Positions 43,804 to 57,280 of a DNA stretch of 64,000 bases are shown here, one piece after another. The number at the start of each line of letters is the position of its first letter. Within the stretch, counting starts at the first letter, position 1. This DNA comes from Gracilinanus agilis (Eukaryota), in the NCBI RefSeq assembly GCF_016433145.1, contig NC_058130.1, positions 87,579,853-87,643,852 of the forward strand, given 5' to 3'. The notes under the pieces are model-generated. The model was not told where the DNA came from. It ran no database searches and saw only the letters and a program-made list of their open reading frames with translations. The position numbers were made by a program, and so were the translations under genes.

Positions 43804-46800
43804 CTAAGGAGAGACAGAGCACAAGAAGTATCAGGGCTGGAGCTTTCCAGAGAGGGGAAAAGGCCAAAGTAACCAATACCCCCAGATGAACTGAATCACA
43901 GGTTCCAACAGGCCATTAAAAAAATAAGAATAATCATATAAAGTCCATGGGCTGTAGGGTCTACAAAGTGCTTTACACACACAGGGTATTTCCTTAGAGC
44001 CTCACAACCCAGTGAGACTGTTATTAGAAAGGAAGGAAACAAGCCATTTACTAGCTACTGACTTTGTGCCACAGACTGTGCTAAGTGCTTTACAAACATT
44101 ATCTCATTCAGTCCTTTCACAACAACTGGGAGTAGGTGCTATCATTATCCTCATTTTACAGCTGAGTAAACTGAGGCAGAGAGAGGTTTATTGACTTGTT
44201 CAGGGTCATATAAGAGGTCTTCCTGACACCAGGCTCAGCCCTTTATTGACTGTGCCACCTAACTGCCTCTAATCCTGATTTCCAAGCATCAGTTAAGAGA
44301 CAGGTGCTAGGGGCAGCCTGATGGTATAGCCAATAGAGTGCCACACCCAGAGTTGGAAGGATCTGCATTCAGATGTGGGTTCAGATCTGGCCTCCAACAC
44401 TCCCTAACTGTGAGACCCTGGTCACATCACTTAATCTTGATTGCCTAGCCCTTGCAGCAGTTGATATCTGTCTTAGAGTTGATATTAAAAAGAGTAAGAG
44501 TTTAAAAAAAGAAAATAAAAAAAGACAAGTGCTTCTTCAACCTGGACACCATCCTGGCCTAGCATTATATGGGAGCATAGAACATTGAGAGTCAAATTAG
44601 AGATGGTACAAAGCAAGAAAGACAAAGGAGGGGGAGGCTATCTCAGAAACGTGCAAGACCCAACTTCTCCCAGCTCATCCTCTCTGACCAGGGATGACGT
44701 CACTCTGCTGCCACCCCAAGGCAACAGATAGCTCTGCAGATGGGGTAAGAAGCTTGAGCTAATTAGCCCAGAAAAAGATTCCCTCTGTCCACCCATTCCC
44801 CAATCTCCTTTAAGGCGCTCAGAAATCTTTAGATATAACTAGCGACTCATTTCTCTGAGCCAAGTAGGAAATGGAGAAATTGAGGAGAAAATGGAGCCTG
44901 GTATTCTTCAGAGGAAACTGGAATGGCTCAGGTTGGCATCCTGAGAAAAGGCAAAGGAGGCAGGCAATCCAAGGCAGGAAACAATGAGATTCCAGTACCC
45001 TGATGGAGATAGGCAGAAAGACTCTCAAAGCAGATTCTTGCAGTTGATACCTGCAAAGCCGTCTGTTCAGATCAAGGGCTACAAGTTTTAAACTGAGGGC
45101 CCAAAGAAAACATTGGTCTTTCTTCCAGGCCCCCTGAAAGTTCTCTTCAAGGGCACAACGGTCAAACAAGAACTATCCCTTCATATTGAGTTCTCTAGGA
45201 CCCCTCGTTTTCTCTTCTCTGGTGTCCCCAACTTCCATCTCACTCCCAACTCCTTCCCTCTCAGATGCATCCAGAATCCATTGTCTTTTCTAATTCCCAA
45301 CCCATGTCTGCTCTCCTTTCTGGATAAACCCGAGAGCATGATCTATACTTGATGCACTTTCTGTTGGCTTGGCCCCCATCTCTTGCTTTACCGAGATAGA
45401 CTGAGAGATATATCCAAGAGACCTCAGGTGAAACAGGCTACTTAACAGTTCTCTGGCCCTGGCTTTTGGGATCCCCTTCGCAAACTTCACCAAATTTCAA
45501 AGCTTGAAGGGACCCCAGAACCAGAATCTCTTCTAACAGTCCCAACAAGCCACCTGGCTTCTGCTCCAAGTGTTTCTACCCCTTCACTATTCCTCCAGGT
45601 CCTGTTCTGAGCTGCCTTGCATTCCTGACACCCCCCAACCCCCCACCCTCCCTGCTCTGTGGGCAAGGCAGGGAGCTCCAACCCCGCCCCCCCCAAGACT
45701 TGTAAGATATTTTCCTCTGGAGATCTACTGACCACCTGGTTAAATACTCCCTTAATTGAGCTGTGGGAGCCCCTTCACTGTCTTCCCCCACTGCCAAGTC
45801 TCCCTTAACCTTGGCCTTAGCTCTAACTTGTCCATATTTTGTGCCTGATACCTAATCTTTTAACAAGGCCTGCCACCTCTTCTGCCTAGCGCCTATCTGC
45901 CCTGCCACTTCTGGGGCCCCAGCCTTCATGGAGGCTTGTGGATATGACAGCTTGTCCCTGGGATCTATCACTCACTGCTGTGAGAAGCAACTTTGACCCT
46001 CCTCCAGGTCAGCTCCTTTAATCTCCTTTAGATGGGGCTAGTTGGGAGGCTTCAGTTCTGGTCCCGAAGTGATCTATCATTAAATTCCTGGTGTGACCAC
46101 AGACAAGTCATTTTCTCCTCTCTGAGGCTGTTTTGTCAACAGTAAAAGAAAGGTCACGGATTAGACGATTTTGCCTGCTTTTGGTCAGATGACGTGAGAG
46201 GGCTCTGTAGTCAGAACTGCTGTCACTAGAGGGTGCCACTGCACCTTGGCAGCCAAACATGTGGCCACCCCACTCTTGTCCTCTCCTGAATGCACACCAA
46301 TCTTTTTGCAGACCTGGTTCAGACCTTTTGGCTTCAGAGGCCGGGAACAAATTCCTCCATTCAGGTGCTTGAAGCTCTGCTCACTCAGGGCTCACATCTA
46401 TTAAGTGATTATCCAGCCACTTTTTCCAAGTCTGAGAAGCATGGCCCTCTAGAGAGAGCACAGTCTCTCCTCCTAGACTATCCCTGAAGTTACTTCTTCA
46501 TCTATTAATCAGCAAGCATTTATTAATGAATTCCTATGAGCTAGCCACTCTGCTGAGTGCTGCTGTAGACAAAATAGAGAAGAGCTCCTACTAAGGCTTG
46601 GGACCAAACCTATCCTGGGGATAGGCTGGGGAGTGTGGGGGGAGCAGCTAACTGGAGGCAGGACTCCTGGGTTCTTAGAAATCTAGAAGACAGGTAAATC
46701 CATCCTTTCTGGGGACCTCAGTTACTCAGAAGAGGCTACACCAGGACATTACAAGTGAGATTGGTCACCCTCCAATCTGTTTCTCAACCAGGCAAGTGGT

Positions 46801-47524
46801 GCCATCCAGGAATCTTTGAGAAGTACTGAGAAACAGATCTTGCCAGCCAGAAGCAGGCAGCATCATAATGGCCTCTGAGGAACATTTGCTCCCTGAAGCA
46901 AGTAAGAAGTCCAGTAGCTAAACAGTACATCCCCTACACCTTTAAGGCCCTGGAAGGCAGTAGCAGGTAACAGCCTCTCTTGCTCTCTATTCTGACTTTA
47001 TTTGGGCACCAACTCAAGAGATCAGCTGGTTTCCTCCAGTGACATGCTTCCTTATCCTTCTACCTCACCCCCAACTACCACCAAACTTCATGCCCAATGC
47101 GCCCTGGGGGCAGAGAGCCAATCATTAAATCTCAGCAGCTAGAAATCCCTAGCTAGATAGGGGTAAATAAGGGGCCAAGCCAAGGAAACACTGCCCCACA
47201 GGGCAGAGGCAAAGACAAATGTTTACACAGCCAGTCAGTTCCTCAGTCAAGTTGGGATAGGTTTTGTCCTTCTAGAGAAAGGGCATCTAGGGATTAAGTA
47301 TTTCAGGTCTAAGGAAGCCATCCAAGGTCATCTGCCTGGATTGCTAAAATTAGAAGGAAACCCAAAGATCAAACCAACTGTGCCATTTTTCCAGAATGGA
47401 GTGCTGATCCAATCCTTGTGGTCCCCTCATCATCCCAATCAAAGTGGCCCCTTTTGGCCACCATTCCCTATGTATTGTCTTTATTAAAATGTAAAATCCT
47501 GAAAGGCAGATACTGGCTTTGCTT

Positions 47525-47720
47525 TTGCTTTTTTTTTCTTTTTTAAAACCTTCTGTCTTAGAATTAATACTAAGTATTAGTTTTAAGGCAGAAGAGTGGT
47601 AAAGGAAGTTAAGTGACTTGGCCAGGGTCATATAGCTAGGAAGTGTTTGAGGCCAAATCTGATCCTAGGACCTCCTATCTCCAAGCCCAGTTCTCTATCC
47701 ACTGAGTCATCTAACTGCTC
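47525..47720 (-). mobile_element. SINE1_Mdo-like SINE
   Basis: T-tail, aaccttctgtcttagaattaatac...ccactgagtcatctaactgc. Confidence 0.8.
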
Positions 47721-50185
47721 TGGCTTTGCTTCTATATTTCTGGTAGAGAGGAAACGTACAAAACCTGTGTGCTTTGAATTTGGGGGAGTCATCTCCGCAG
47801 AGATCATAACCTTAGAGGTTGAAGAAATGGAGCCTGAAGGGCTGTACTCAAAGCCTCAAAAGGGAGGCTTTCACTCAGGTTCCTCCAAGATATTCTGAGA
47901 TTAATTAGAGACTTCTGACCCCACCAAGATGGTGTGATGAGACTGACTACCAGGAAGCATCTATATAGGTACAGAGCTGATGGTTTTACTCCAAAATTAG
48001 CCACCCACACCCACACCCCCCAGCCATTGACTTGACAACCTGTTCCTACTCACCTCTGAAACTGGGAAAGTCACTGAACAAGCTCACCTGATGGGCTCCT
48101 TTCTGCCATTTGCCCTAAAGCTGTGTAAAACACCATCCTAGCTTGTTATTTCCCTTGATTGGTTCTTTGCAGTAGCTAGCCAGCCACCTGGCAACTGCCC
48201 ATCAGAGGATGCTAATTAAACTTTTTAATCTTCTAACCTTCAGGGGAGGAATGGTTCTCCAGGAAGATTTTAGGATATCTGGGCTGAGGAATTCCCTGAA
48301 AGTATCCCAGCACTGCTTCTTAGCAAACAGTACTTACTTAGATGCCTTTTCTCCATTTGTTCATTCATTCACAGATTCATGGAATGGAAGTCAGGATAGG
48401 AGGACCCCTACCAAACAGGCAGAGTGAATACTCGAGAACAGAGGTCTGAGGAATGGCCCTACTCCTTAAGAAAGGAAAACAAGGAAGGGCTCATTCCTTC
48501 CTGCCAGGTTTCTTCAAGGGCCCCATGTCCCTTAACCCCTGTTCTACAGTCCTGTAATTTCAGGGCCCCTCCTAAAAAATCAGGTCATTGTTTAAGAGGT
48601 TTAATTTACCAAAAAACAAGCCTTCTCCCAGGGGAAGGACCAGTATCCTCTTGGTTTGTTGAGAGGAACTGAACAAGAGTGAGACCAGATCCAAAAGGAC
48701 TGGTAATCCCAGGGGAGCTAAACAGACCAGACAAGCCTTATGAACCAAGTCTAACTCTCTTATTTTAACAATTCAATCAACATTTATGGAATATTTACTA
48801 TGTTCAAGGGACCATGCTAGGCAACCAGCACTTGGGTGGCACACAAGAGGCATCCGTCAAGTCTGAACTGACTTCACAAATCATTTGGCAAAGTACCGTC
48901 ATCCCCAGGTGTTAGGTGCTGGGCATTCCCTATGACGTAGGCCTGGCTAAGCTCAGGAGCTTCCCATGGATCAGCTGCCAGGCTCTGCCATCTACATGCC
49001 AGTAAGGGGCAAGTGGGAAGGGCACAGAAGCTGGAATCAAGAGGACCTAGGTTCAAATCCCAACTCTGCTGCCTGAGTCACACTGAAACCACACTGAGCC
49101 TAAATTACAAATACAATTTAGTTTGATAGCATTAAGTGCTTGCTCTGCATAAGACCAGTGAAGAGAAACTAGGAGCACCTACTTCCACTGATTTGTGAAC
49201 ATGAAAACATATGCCGTGAAATCTTACTGAACTTTTGGTCTAAAGTCAGGGAAACCCAAAAGGAAAGCTACTAAAATTCCTTCCCTTGCACCCTCCCACC
49301 AACTACCCACAGCTCAGCCACCCCATCAGGCCTCTGGAAGGGTCCCAGGGGATGTCCTAAGCATCTCTAGAAAATAAAACAGAGGCAACCCCCCCAGGCC
49401 CAGAAAGATGTGGGCGCCTGAAGGAGGCTATGAAACATGAATTCATTCACCAGACCCTTCATGAGCTTTAAGAAGAGCATGCCACTTCCTCTGAGGATCT
49501 CAAGGCATCCAAAATCCATGCTTGGAGAAGGGCACTGCACAGGGCAGAATGTACCCTTAATACACTAGTGGGAAAAGGGGCTCATTGAGGTAATTCAGCT
49601 TGCTTAAGGAAAACTCACTGACTCCAGCCCAAATGAGGGCAGCTCCTCTTCTAGCTCCCTGGGCCTGCCATTGCCAGGGCTGGGGGAGAGAACGCACCTC
49701 CAAGGTGAGGCCTACAGAAGAAAGCTAGGAGGAGGCTGGGAGAAGCTGGAAGTTAGTGGGACAGACCAAAGTGGGGTCAAGGCTCAGGTGGCTTCCATGT
49801 AAACAGAGCTGGGAAGGAGCAAAACCCAGCCTGCCGCTGGCCAGGGAGCCTCACCAGACCCTGCCTGCCTCAGCTCAGCTGGCCGCCTCCTCTGGGCTGG
49901 TTGCACAAGTCTCAGTTATGCATTTAACAGCCACAGGGGTCCAGAGGATCAACCTTTTGGTCTCCCCAGCCCTGGCTCAGGGTTAATGTGGTAGAAAGGA
50001 GAGGGTAGGTGGAGATAGATGTGTGGGAGAAGGGGAAGGAAGGGAGGGGGTAGAGAGAATGTCTTGCTACTCTGAGGCTAGGTCAGACCTGCTAGGAGTA
50101 AGCCTGCGGAGGCCAGTGTCCTGGGACCCCAGTGTTCTCCCTCACTTCATTTGGGCAGTTAGTACATGAAACTAGGCTTATTTTT

Positions 50186-50367
50186 TTTTTAAACCCTTGT
50201 ACTTTGGTGTATTTTTCTCATAGGTGGAAGAGTGGTAAGGGTGGGCAATGGGGGTCAAGTGACTTGCCCAGGGTCACACAGCTGGGAAGTGGCTGAGGCC
50301 GGGTTTGAACCTAGGACCTCCTGTCTCTAGGCCTGACTCTCACTCCACTGAGCTACCCAGCTGCCCA
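50186..50367 (-). mobile_element. Young SINE1_Mdo-like SINE
   Basis: TSD gaaactaggcttattttt at 50168-50185 and 50368-50385. Confidence 0.88.
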
Positions 50368-51769
50368 GAAACTAGGCTTATTTTTAAGCAGCTACTTGGG
50401 CCCAATGGATAGAGCCCTGGGCCTTGAGTTGAGAAGACTTAAGTTCAAATCTAACCTCAGCCCTTAGATGCCTGACCCTGGACATGTCATTTAACCTCTG
50501 TCTGCCCCAAGTCCTTCATCTGTAAAATGAGGATTACCATCACACCTATCTCAAATGGTGGCTGTGAGTATAAAATGAAATACCGTTCTTAAAGTAAAGG
50601 GCTTAGCACAAGGCCTGGCACACAGTAGATACTTAATAAATGTATGTTCCTTTCCCTTTGGGATAGGTAGCACCTCAGCTGTAGGCTGGTTCTAGCTTGC
50701 CCCTTCTCAGCTTTTCCAATCAGTGGCTCCCCTTCCTCTCCCCACCCCAAAGTCTGAAGTTGTTCAGCAGAGGACTTGGCTGGCAGACCACAAACCCTGA
50801 AGGCTCTGGGGAAGACGGCCAAGGTGATTTAGGGAACTGTCCCCAGACTCTACTGCCCTCAGGAGCCTAGCTGACCCCTACTCCATCCTGAAAGGCTAAG
50901 GATTAGTGAAGGGTCATCTGGGAGATAGGGAGAGTCCTAAGTCTGGATGGATAAGAGTAGAGAACAGGGTGATGCTAGGAATTCATCCTGGGCCAAGTCC
51001 CTGCCACATACGTGGCTGAGCCAGAGCCAGCCTCAACAGGGAAATGTGGATGAGTATGAGTTTTCCTACCCATAAAGTTTCTATTTTCTTTAAAATGAGA
51101 GGGCAGGGGATGTCCCTCACTGCCATATTCTACTCCTGTTTAGGAGAGACACTCAGACACTTTGGGCCTCTTCTCCCCTTAGGTTCCATGGCAGCAAGAT
51201 GGATGACTAATGGCTGCAGAGACTCCCTGGACCACATAAAAGGCTGGGTGTGCCTGCCTTCCTGTGCCACCTGTAAGTGGGAGGGAGAGGAAAGACGTAG
51301 GTGGAGTCTATGAGAGCTTGAGAATGGGGAGCAGCCTGGCCTGATATCTTCACTGGGTCCAGGTTTAACAAGGAGCTGGGTTCTAGGCCAGGAGCCTGGA
51401 TTCTAATGTAAAAGAGCCCAGGCCATTAGGCATCATTCTCTGGAAGCCCTTCATCCTGCAACACAGGCATTTGTCAGTCCCTCAAGAAACAGTGCAACAC
51501 ATGAGGCCTGGCTGCCTACCTATCCCCCAGCCAAACACCAGGCTCAGCACCAAGTTCAGAGTCCAGACAGAGAGGAAGAGAGAGAGATGCCTAGACAAGA
51601 ATGGGCTTCATAAGGGTCCAGGTCAGGGATTCTTTGCCTGGGATTCACAGGTCACATGGATTTCAAGAGGATCCAGAACTTAAATGGGAACAAAAATAAA
51701 ACTTTTATTTTCACTATCTTCTAAAACTGAAATTTAGCATTTCCTTCAATTATTTAAAAACATTATTCT

Positions 51770-52166
51770 TTTTTTTTTTGCATTCTTAGCTCATGCTGCT
51801 TTATTGCTAAAAGACCAAAAACAAACCCCAAAAGTTTCATACATAGTTGCATAGTTTTCAATTTAGGTTTTTAAAAACAGTTCCTCTTTACATCATCAAA
51901 AGAATAAAATCTCTTCTTCAAACTCTCAGATGCATAGATACAAAAGTAAGCTGCCTTTTGAAAAATTTCAGGTATGTACAATGAGAAATTCCGACAATAT
52001 TACCTTGTAAAATGGAATAACTGCAATGGAGTACAGAACCCAGTGCCACATGTGCCATACGGTAAGTAAACAATTTCTCCTGCAGCTAAAAAAGGTCAAT
52101 AGAATATAGAATATATAAAGTGAGCTCTTCAAGGGTTGGGATCTTGCTAATCTAATGCCAGATTGG
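51770..52166 (-). pseudogene. 5'-truncated processed retrocopy of an unidentified mRNA 3'UTR
   Basis: Poly-T at 51770-51779, TTTATT at about 51800-51805, 13-bp TSD aaaacattattct at 51757-51769 and 52167-52179; splits an older repeat. Confidence 0.8.
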
Positions 52167-52426
52167 AAAACATTATTCTGAGAAGGGGTCTATAGGCTTT
52201 ACATTAGGCCTGACAGAACAAAAGGTGATCTCTGGTGGAGTCTACGCTCTATAATTTGTCCTGGGGTCTGGGAAACAGAGTAACCTCAGGTCTTATAGGC
52301 TTTTAGTAGTCTCTGTGACCCAGCCACTTCCCACACTGGGCTGGTAACTGAAGGGAAGGTGGTCCCTGCACAGAGATGATTGCCTGCGTAGTGGTGAACA
52401 TCTTTGATAGGCAAAAATGGAAGGTG

Positions 52427-52627
52427 AGGGGGCATCTGGGTAGCTCAGTGGATTGAGAGCCAGGCCTAGAGATGGGAGGTCCTGGGTTCAAATCTGGCCT
52501 CAGGTACTTCCCAGCTGTGTGACCCTGGGCAAGTCACTTGACCCCCATTGCCTACCCTTACCACTCTTCCACCTAGGAGCCAATACACAGTATTGACTCC
52601 AAGATGGAAGGTAAGGGTTTAAAAAAA
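52427..52627 (+). mobile_element. Young SINE1_Mdo-like SINE
   Basis: TSD aaaaatggaaggtg at 52413-52426 and 52628-52641. Confidence 0.88.
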
Positions 52628-54890
52628 AAAAATGGAAGGTGGTCTGGAGCTGGAGTGGGGAGACCTCCCCTCTAGCCAGAGTCCTAGTCCCACATTCAAC
52701 ACTTATGTAGCTACAGGCAAGTGATTCCCCATTTCTAAGCCTTGGGGTCCTTGTCTAGGGAAGAGGAATGAGGAGAGAGCCTGTAGAAGAGATAGAAGCG
52801 AAATAGGGGACCTACTGCACTTTGGAATAAGCCAGAGGTCAGCTCTTGGGCCGGCTTCTGTACAAGCTCAGAAAGTTCATTGAAGCCAGTGTGTGTGAAC
52901 TGCCCAGTATCCTCAAGAAATGTGTCCAGGGCAGTGAGGTCACCTCTGGGGTAATGCTCAGCTCCCTCTGTAGGTTGGGCACCAGGTGTCACTTGGCACA
53001 ACACAGCAGCCATGAGGTGGCACTGACAGAGAATAAGGGCATAGGAGCCTCCTGGAATATCTCCTCCTGGGTCAGAAGGGGCTGGGACCACAGAAAAGTA
53101 CCTAGGCTCAAACCAGAACTTGACCAGTGAGACTGGGAGGCTGGGCAAAGGAGAAGAGAATAAGAGTGACCTCAGACTAGAGATGGCCTCAAATTGTTCT
53201 CTTCCACTTTTCCATATGTGAGAGTGGGCAAAAGGTGAGACAGGAGAACCAGACCCAAGGCACAAGTCTGTCCAACCTCGTGGGGAAGGTGAGGCAAGTC
53301 AAGGAGAAGAGCCTTACTTCTTGCCCTGCACTAAAGGCCATGCTTGGCCTGCCCCCTTCCACTCGGGGAATGCTGGAGGGTCTTGTGACAGAGATCAATC
53401 CAGCTGGAATCTCATACTGTATTACCTAGATTCCCTACATGCCCTTCTCAGGGTCTTTGTGACTTTGAGGGTCAGTCCTGGGTCCCTTAGGGGCAATGCT
53501 GTATTAGAAAGCTTTGGATCTGGGTCATAGGAACCCATGCATTGATGATGATTCTGTCTGTGATACTGACCTTGCAGCAGCAGAGAAACCTCCATCCTTG
53601 CTGGGGTCCCCCTAGCTGGTACTTCCAGCCCCCCCCCCCAAAAGCAGCTTTTTTTCCTTCTCAGCACACAGATGTGAAGCTTCGAGTCAGTATAAGTGGG
53701 TTAACATTACACAGGCATTCTTCCCTCCACCCCTTCTGCTATTTGGGGCTGAAGCTGCCTTGGGCCAAGGGCCTGGCCTGGCCAGGTGCCGGATGAATGG
53801 GAGCTGGGCAGAGTAGGTGGCCATTGGTAAAGTGAATTGCCCAACAATCCGTCTCCCGAAGCCGAGGTAGAGGGGTGGGGACCCTCCTGTCAAGAGTTTC
53901 CTATTGGTCTCCTGAGTGCAGAGAAGCCTGGCTCAGGCACAGAGGAGGGAAAGCTTAGAGAGGAGAACAGATGGAGCTACCAAAGTCTGCCAAGTCTGTG
54001 CCCACCCATCAGAGGTGGGAAACCTGAGCTGGGAATTCCAAATCCTAGGCTCAGAGCCAAATCTGGGTGTGGGGAAAGAACAGGGAGAGATGGGGTTGGG
54101 GAACGAAAAGGCTGAAGAGCCCTGCCTGTTGGGCTCCAAGCCCTGGGATGCCAGCACACCATGGAGGCTGTGGGCTGTCCCTCCCCATGCCACGAAGGCT
54201 TCAGTGGAGAGCCCTGACTCACTCCCCAGGACTCCAAGTCAGCCAGACGCCTACAGAGAGCTCGGTGGCTGGCTGGTCGGCCCCAGGCCAGCGATGCTGC
54301 TCAGCCAGTCAAGCATGCTGGGCATCAAGGGGTACTTGGTTCATCCCACTACTGGGCTGCTCCAGGCCTGAGGAGAGAGGTGAGAAGGGCACAAGAAAGG
54401 ACCTGGAGAGGAGCATAAGCCTGTAGGGTAAAGGCAAGGAGGGGCTGGAGCTGGAGCAGCCAGAATGGAAGGATTCTGATTTCCATAGACAGGGAGAGGC
54501 CTGCACTTTTTGAGCTTTCCTCTCTAGCTAGCCCAGCTTATCCCTGTCCCCAGAAGACTGAGTTCACAGAAGGGAAGAATGTATGAAAAGGAAGGAAACA
54601 AAGAAATGGTGCAGATTCCAAAAGATATCACTAACTGGCTACACACCTGGGGACAGAGTGATGGAGAGTAAGGCTGAGAGCAAAGAGTGGGAGCGGACGA
54701 GGGGTCGTTGATGGGCAGAGCACCCAAAACGTGGGGGCCGGCTCTGAGAGAAAGCCTCGGGCCAAGGCCGCAGGAAGACCGGGCCTAAAGCTGGGGACGG
54801 GGGCCATGATGGAAGCCTCTTGCCCTGAAAGCCGGGCTGGCCCCCAAAACAGGGCCCAGAAGGAGCAGGATCCCCCGACCCCCCGCTTAC

Positions 54891-55148
54891 CGTGTGGGGG
54901 TTGTCGTAGTAGACCCCGATGGAGCTGAGGCGCGGAGAGATGCTGCAGCTCTCCGTGAAAAGCTGGCCTGAGTCCTTATAGGAGCCCACGTGGAACTTGT
55001 AGGCCAGGGTGATGTTCCGGATTGGGGGAGAGCCTGCACTCACTACCACGTCTTCCAGCAACCCCGAGTACACGGCAAAACCCAGCAGGGTGAGCAGCAG
55101 GGTGAGCACCAGGCCCACGATCAGGCCCAGGAGCAGGAACTCGGACAT
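54891..55148 (-). CDS. TEX264: TEX264 ER-phagy receptor, coding exon 1 (N-terminal TM anchor + start of GyrI-like domain), 258 nt
   Basis: MSEFLLLGLIVGLVLTLLLTLLGFAVYSGLL...SAGSPPIRNITLAYKFH...YYDNPHT; acceptor cctgcag at 55183; donor ACG|GTAAGC. An in-frame upstream ATG lies at 55160. Confidence 0.97.
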
Positions 55149-56691
55149 GGCTTCCGTCATGGGTCCTCTGCTCCCTGAGATGCTGCAGGGGAAGAAGGGG
55201 CCAAAGGAAGGTGAGGGAGCCTGGGGACGGCCTCCAGCTGAAGCAGAGGTGGCCTCCCTGAGTCTGTGGGAGCCCAGGGCCCCTGCACTAGAAGCTGTGA
55301 GCCAGGAGAAGGAGGGGCCAGGAATGTTTACTGCTTCGAGGATGACCTAGAAGGTAGCAACAAAGGATGACAAAGCCACAAGCCTCTTTATTTCTTAATC
55401 ATAAGCAGAGAGGCTCTGAGAGCCACCTGCACCCTACATGGCTCCCAAGGCCATAGTGTCATCATCAATCTGAATCACGAGGAGAGGAGGAGGATTGGGT
55501 GAAGGGAGGGAACCCCAACACCAAGGCAAGTGACAATATTGCCCCAGACCCGCTGGAACCCAGAGGGATTTGGGCAATCTGTGACCTTCCCATAGCCAGG
55601 CCAGGCCAACAGTCCAGCAAAAAGAAGACCTGGACGTCTGGTCCCCGGCTCCGCCACTTCCTACCATGTGCCAATGGGCGTATCTCCCTGCCCCATTTCT
55701 CTGAGTCTCAGCTTCCCTATAGAATTGGGTTGGACTGGCTGATCCTAAGGGCCCCATCAGTGATTCTCAAATCCACCTTTCCAAGTCCTTTGGTCAGTAA
55801 CATTGAAGGCTGCTGTAGTCAGAAGAGGGCCTAGATAGATACCTATTAATAACGAGGATGCTGGGAGACATAAAACCCCAGAGAAAATCTTCCTGAAGCT
55901 CTAATTAATATGATAATGCTTTACAGATCTGCAGTCCAACCTTCCAGCACTCTCAACTCTGGAAAATGGCCACAAACGGAGAAGACAGCCAAAAGGGGGC
56001 TACTCAATACCCTGTTTCCTCTTGTTTTACAGATGGTTCAAATAAGTTTCATTAATTGACAATAATTAGAAAGCAGGAAATGAGAAGGTGGCTATAACAA
56101 ACCTACAGGGAAAAGTCATCGCTTGACAGTGGAGGACACAGAAAAACAATAAAAGCTGACAGAAGGCCACAAAAAGCCCAGTAATCTAAGGCAGAGAATT
56201 CAGGACGACTGGCTCCAGCCACCACAAATAGGCCTGGAAGGCGTCCCATTATCACAGCACAAAGCAAAAAATGGTGCTATCATGACCTTAAGTAATCAAA
56301 AGTTAGGAGGAAACACTCTGGCCCCAGTTTAATAAACATTTACCTGGTACCTATTGTGTGCAAGGAGGCTCCTGGGCTATAGGGATACTATAATGAATAA
56401 GAATTTAAAGACTAGTAGGGAAACTCATTGTTTAAAACAAAGGGGTCAAACTTGCTAGGCCCAGGCTGCTGATAACTTTTCCCCCTTCCCCTCCCCAGAA
56501 CCAGATTAAAATGTGATCAGAAAATATTGGACAAAATTAAAAATATATAAATAGAAAGATAATGTTAAGCATCTCATCATAATATAGTAATATATATCAT
56601 GTACACATCATATGACATATGTAACATATATACATACCCTATCAACATATATTAATAATATATCAGCAATTATCATAAAATACACATAGTG

Positions 56692-56878
56692 TTTTTTAAA
56701 ACCCTTACTTTTCTGTCTTGGTAACAACTCTAAGGCAGAAGCCCAAGGACTAATAGACAATTGGAGTTAAATGACTTGCCCAGAGTCACCCAGCTACTAA
56801 GTGTCAGGCCATATCTGAACCCAGGACCTCCTGAATCTAGGAGTGGTTCTCTATCCACTGAGTCACCCAGCTGCCCCA
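56692..56878 (-). mobile_element. SINE1_Mdo-like SINE
   Basis: T-tail, body and head ccactgagtcacccagctgcccc. Confidence 0.8.
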
Positions 56879-57129
56879 ATATGTGGTTTTCTGAGTCAGT
56901 ATGTAACCTCAGGGGTCCTCATGCACAGTTTAGTTTGACAATGCTGGCTTAAGAAGGCAAGCATGAAAATAACATGCTTTAGAAAGATAAAGCACAAAAT
57001 TGTTCAATTTTTAAAAAAATGTTGATGTCAAAAGAGGTAAAACTGAAGCCATTTGGAAAACTTGGCTACTTACTGAGGTCTATCTTCTTGAGAATTTGAG
57101 AGGTTTCCTGTATAATTAAAGAGAGCAGC

Positions 57130-57280
57130 ATGATAGAGCTAGGCCTAGAAGGAGGGGGTGTCCTGGGTTCAAATTTGACCTCAGACCCTTCCTAGCTAGT
57201 GACCCTGGGCAAGTCACTTAATCCCATTTGCCTAATCCTTACTACTAAGACAGAAAATAAACATTAAAAAAAAAAAATTA
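57130..57280 (+). mobile_element. SINE1_Mdo-like SINE (internally deleted)
   Basis: gtcctgggttcaaatttgacctcagac...ctaagacagaa + A-tail. Confidence 0.7.

Noticed and set aside
52735-53265. 176-aa minus-strand ORF in TEX264 intron
   Set aside because: No recognisable homology, non-ATG start and no convincing splice pair.
56438-56946. Possible second hAT element (shared gtcaaact ends) split by a SINE
   Set aside because: Only 8 bp of TIR match and no clear TSD.
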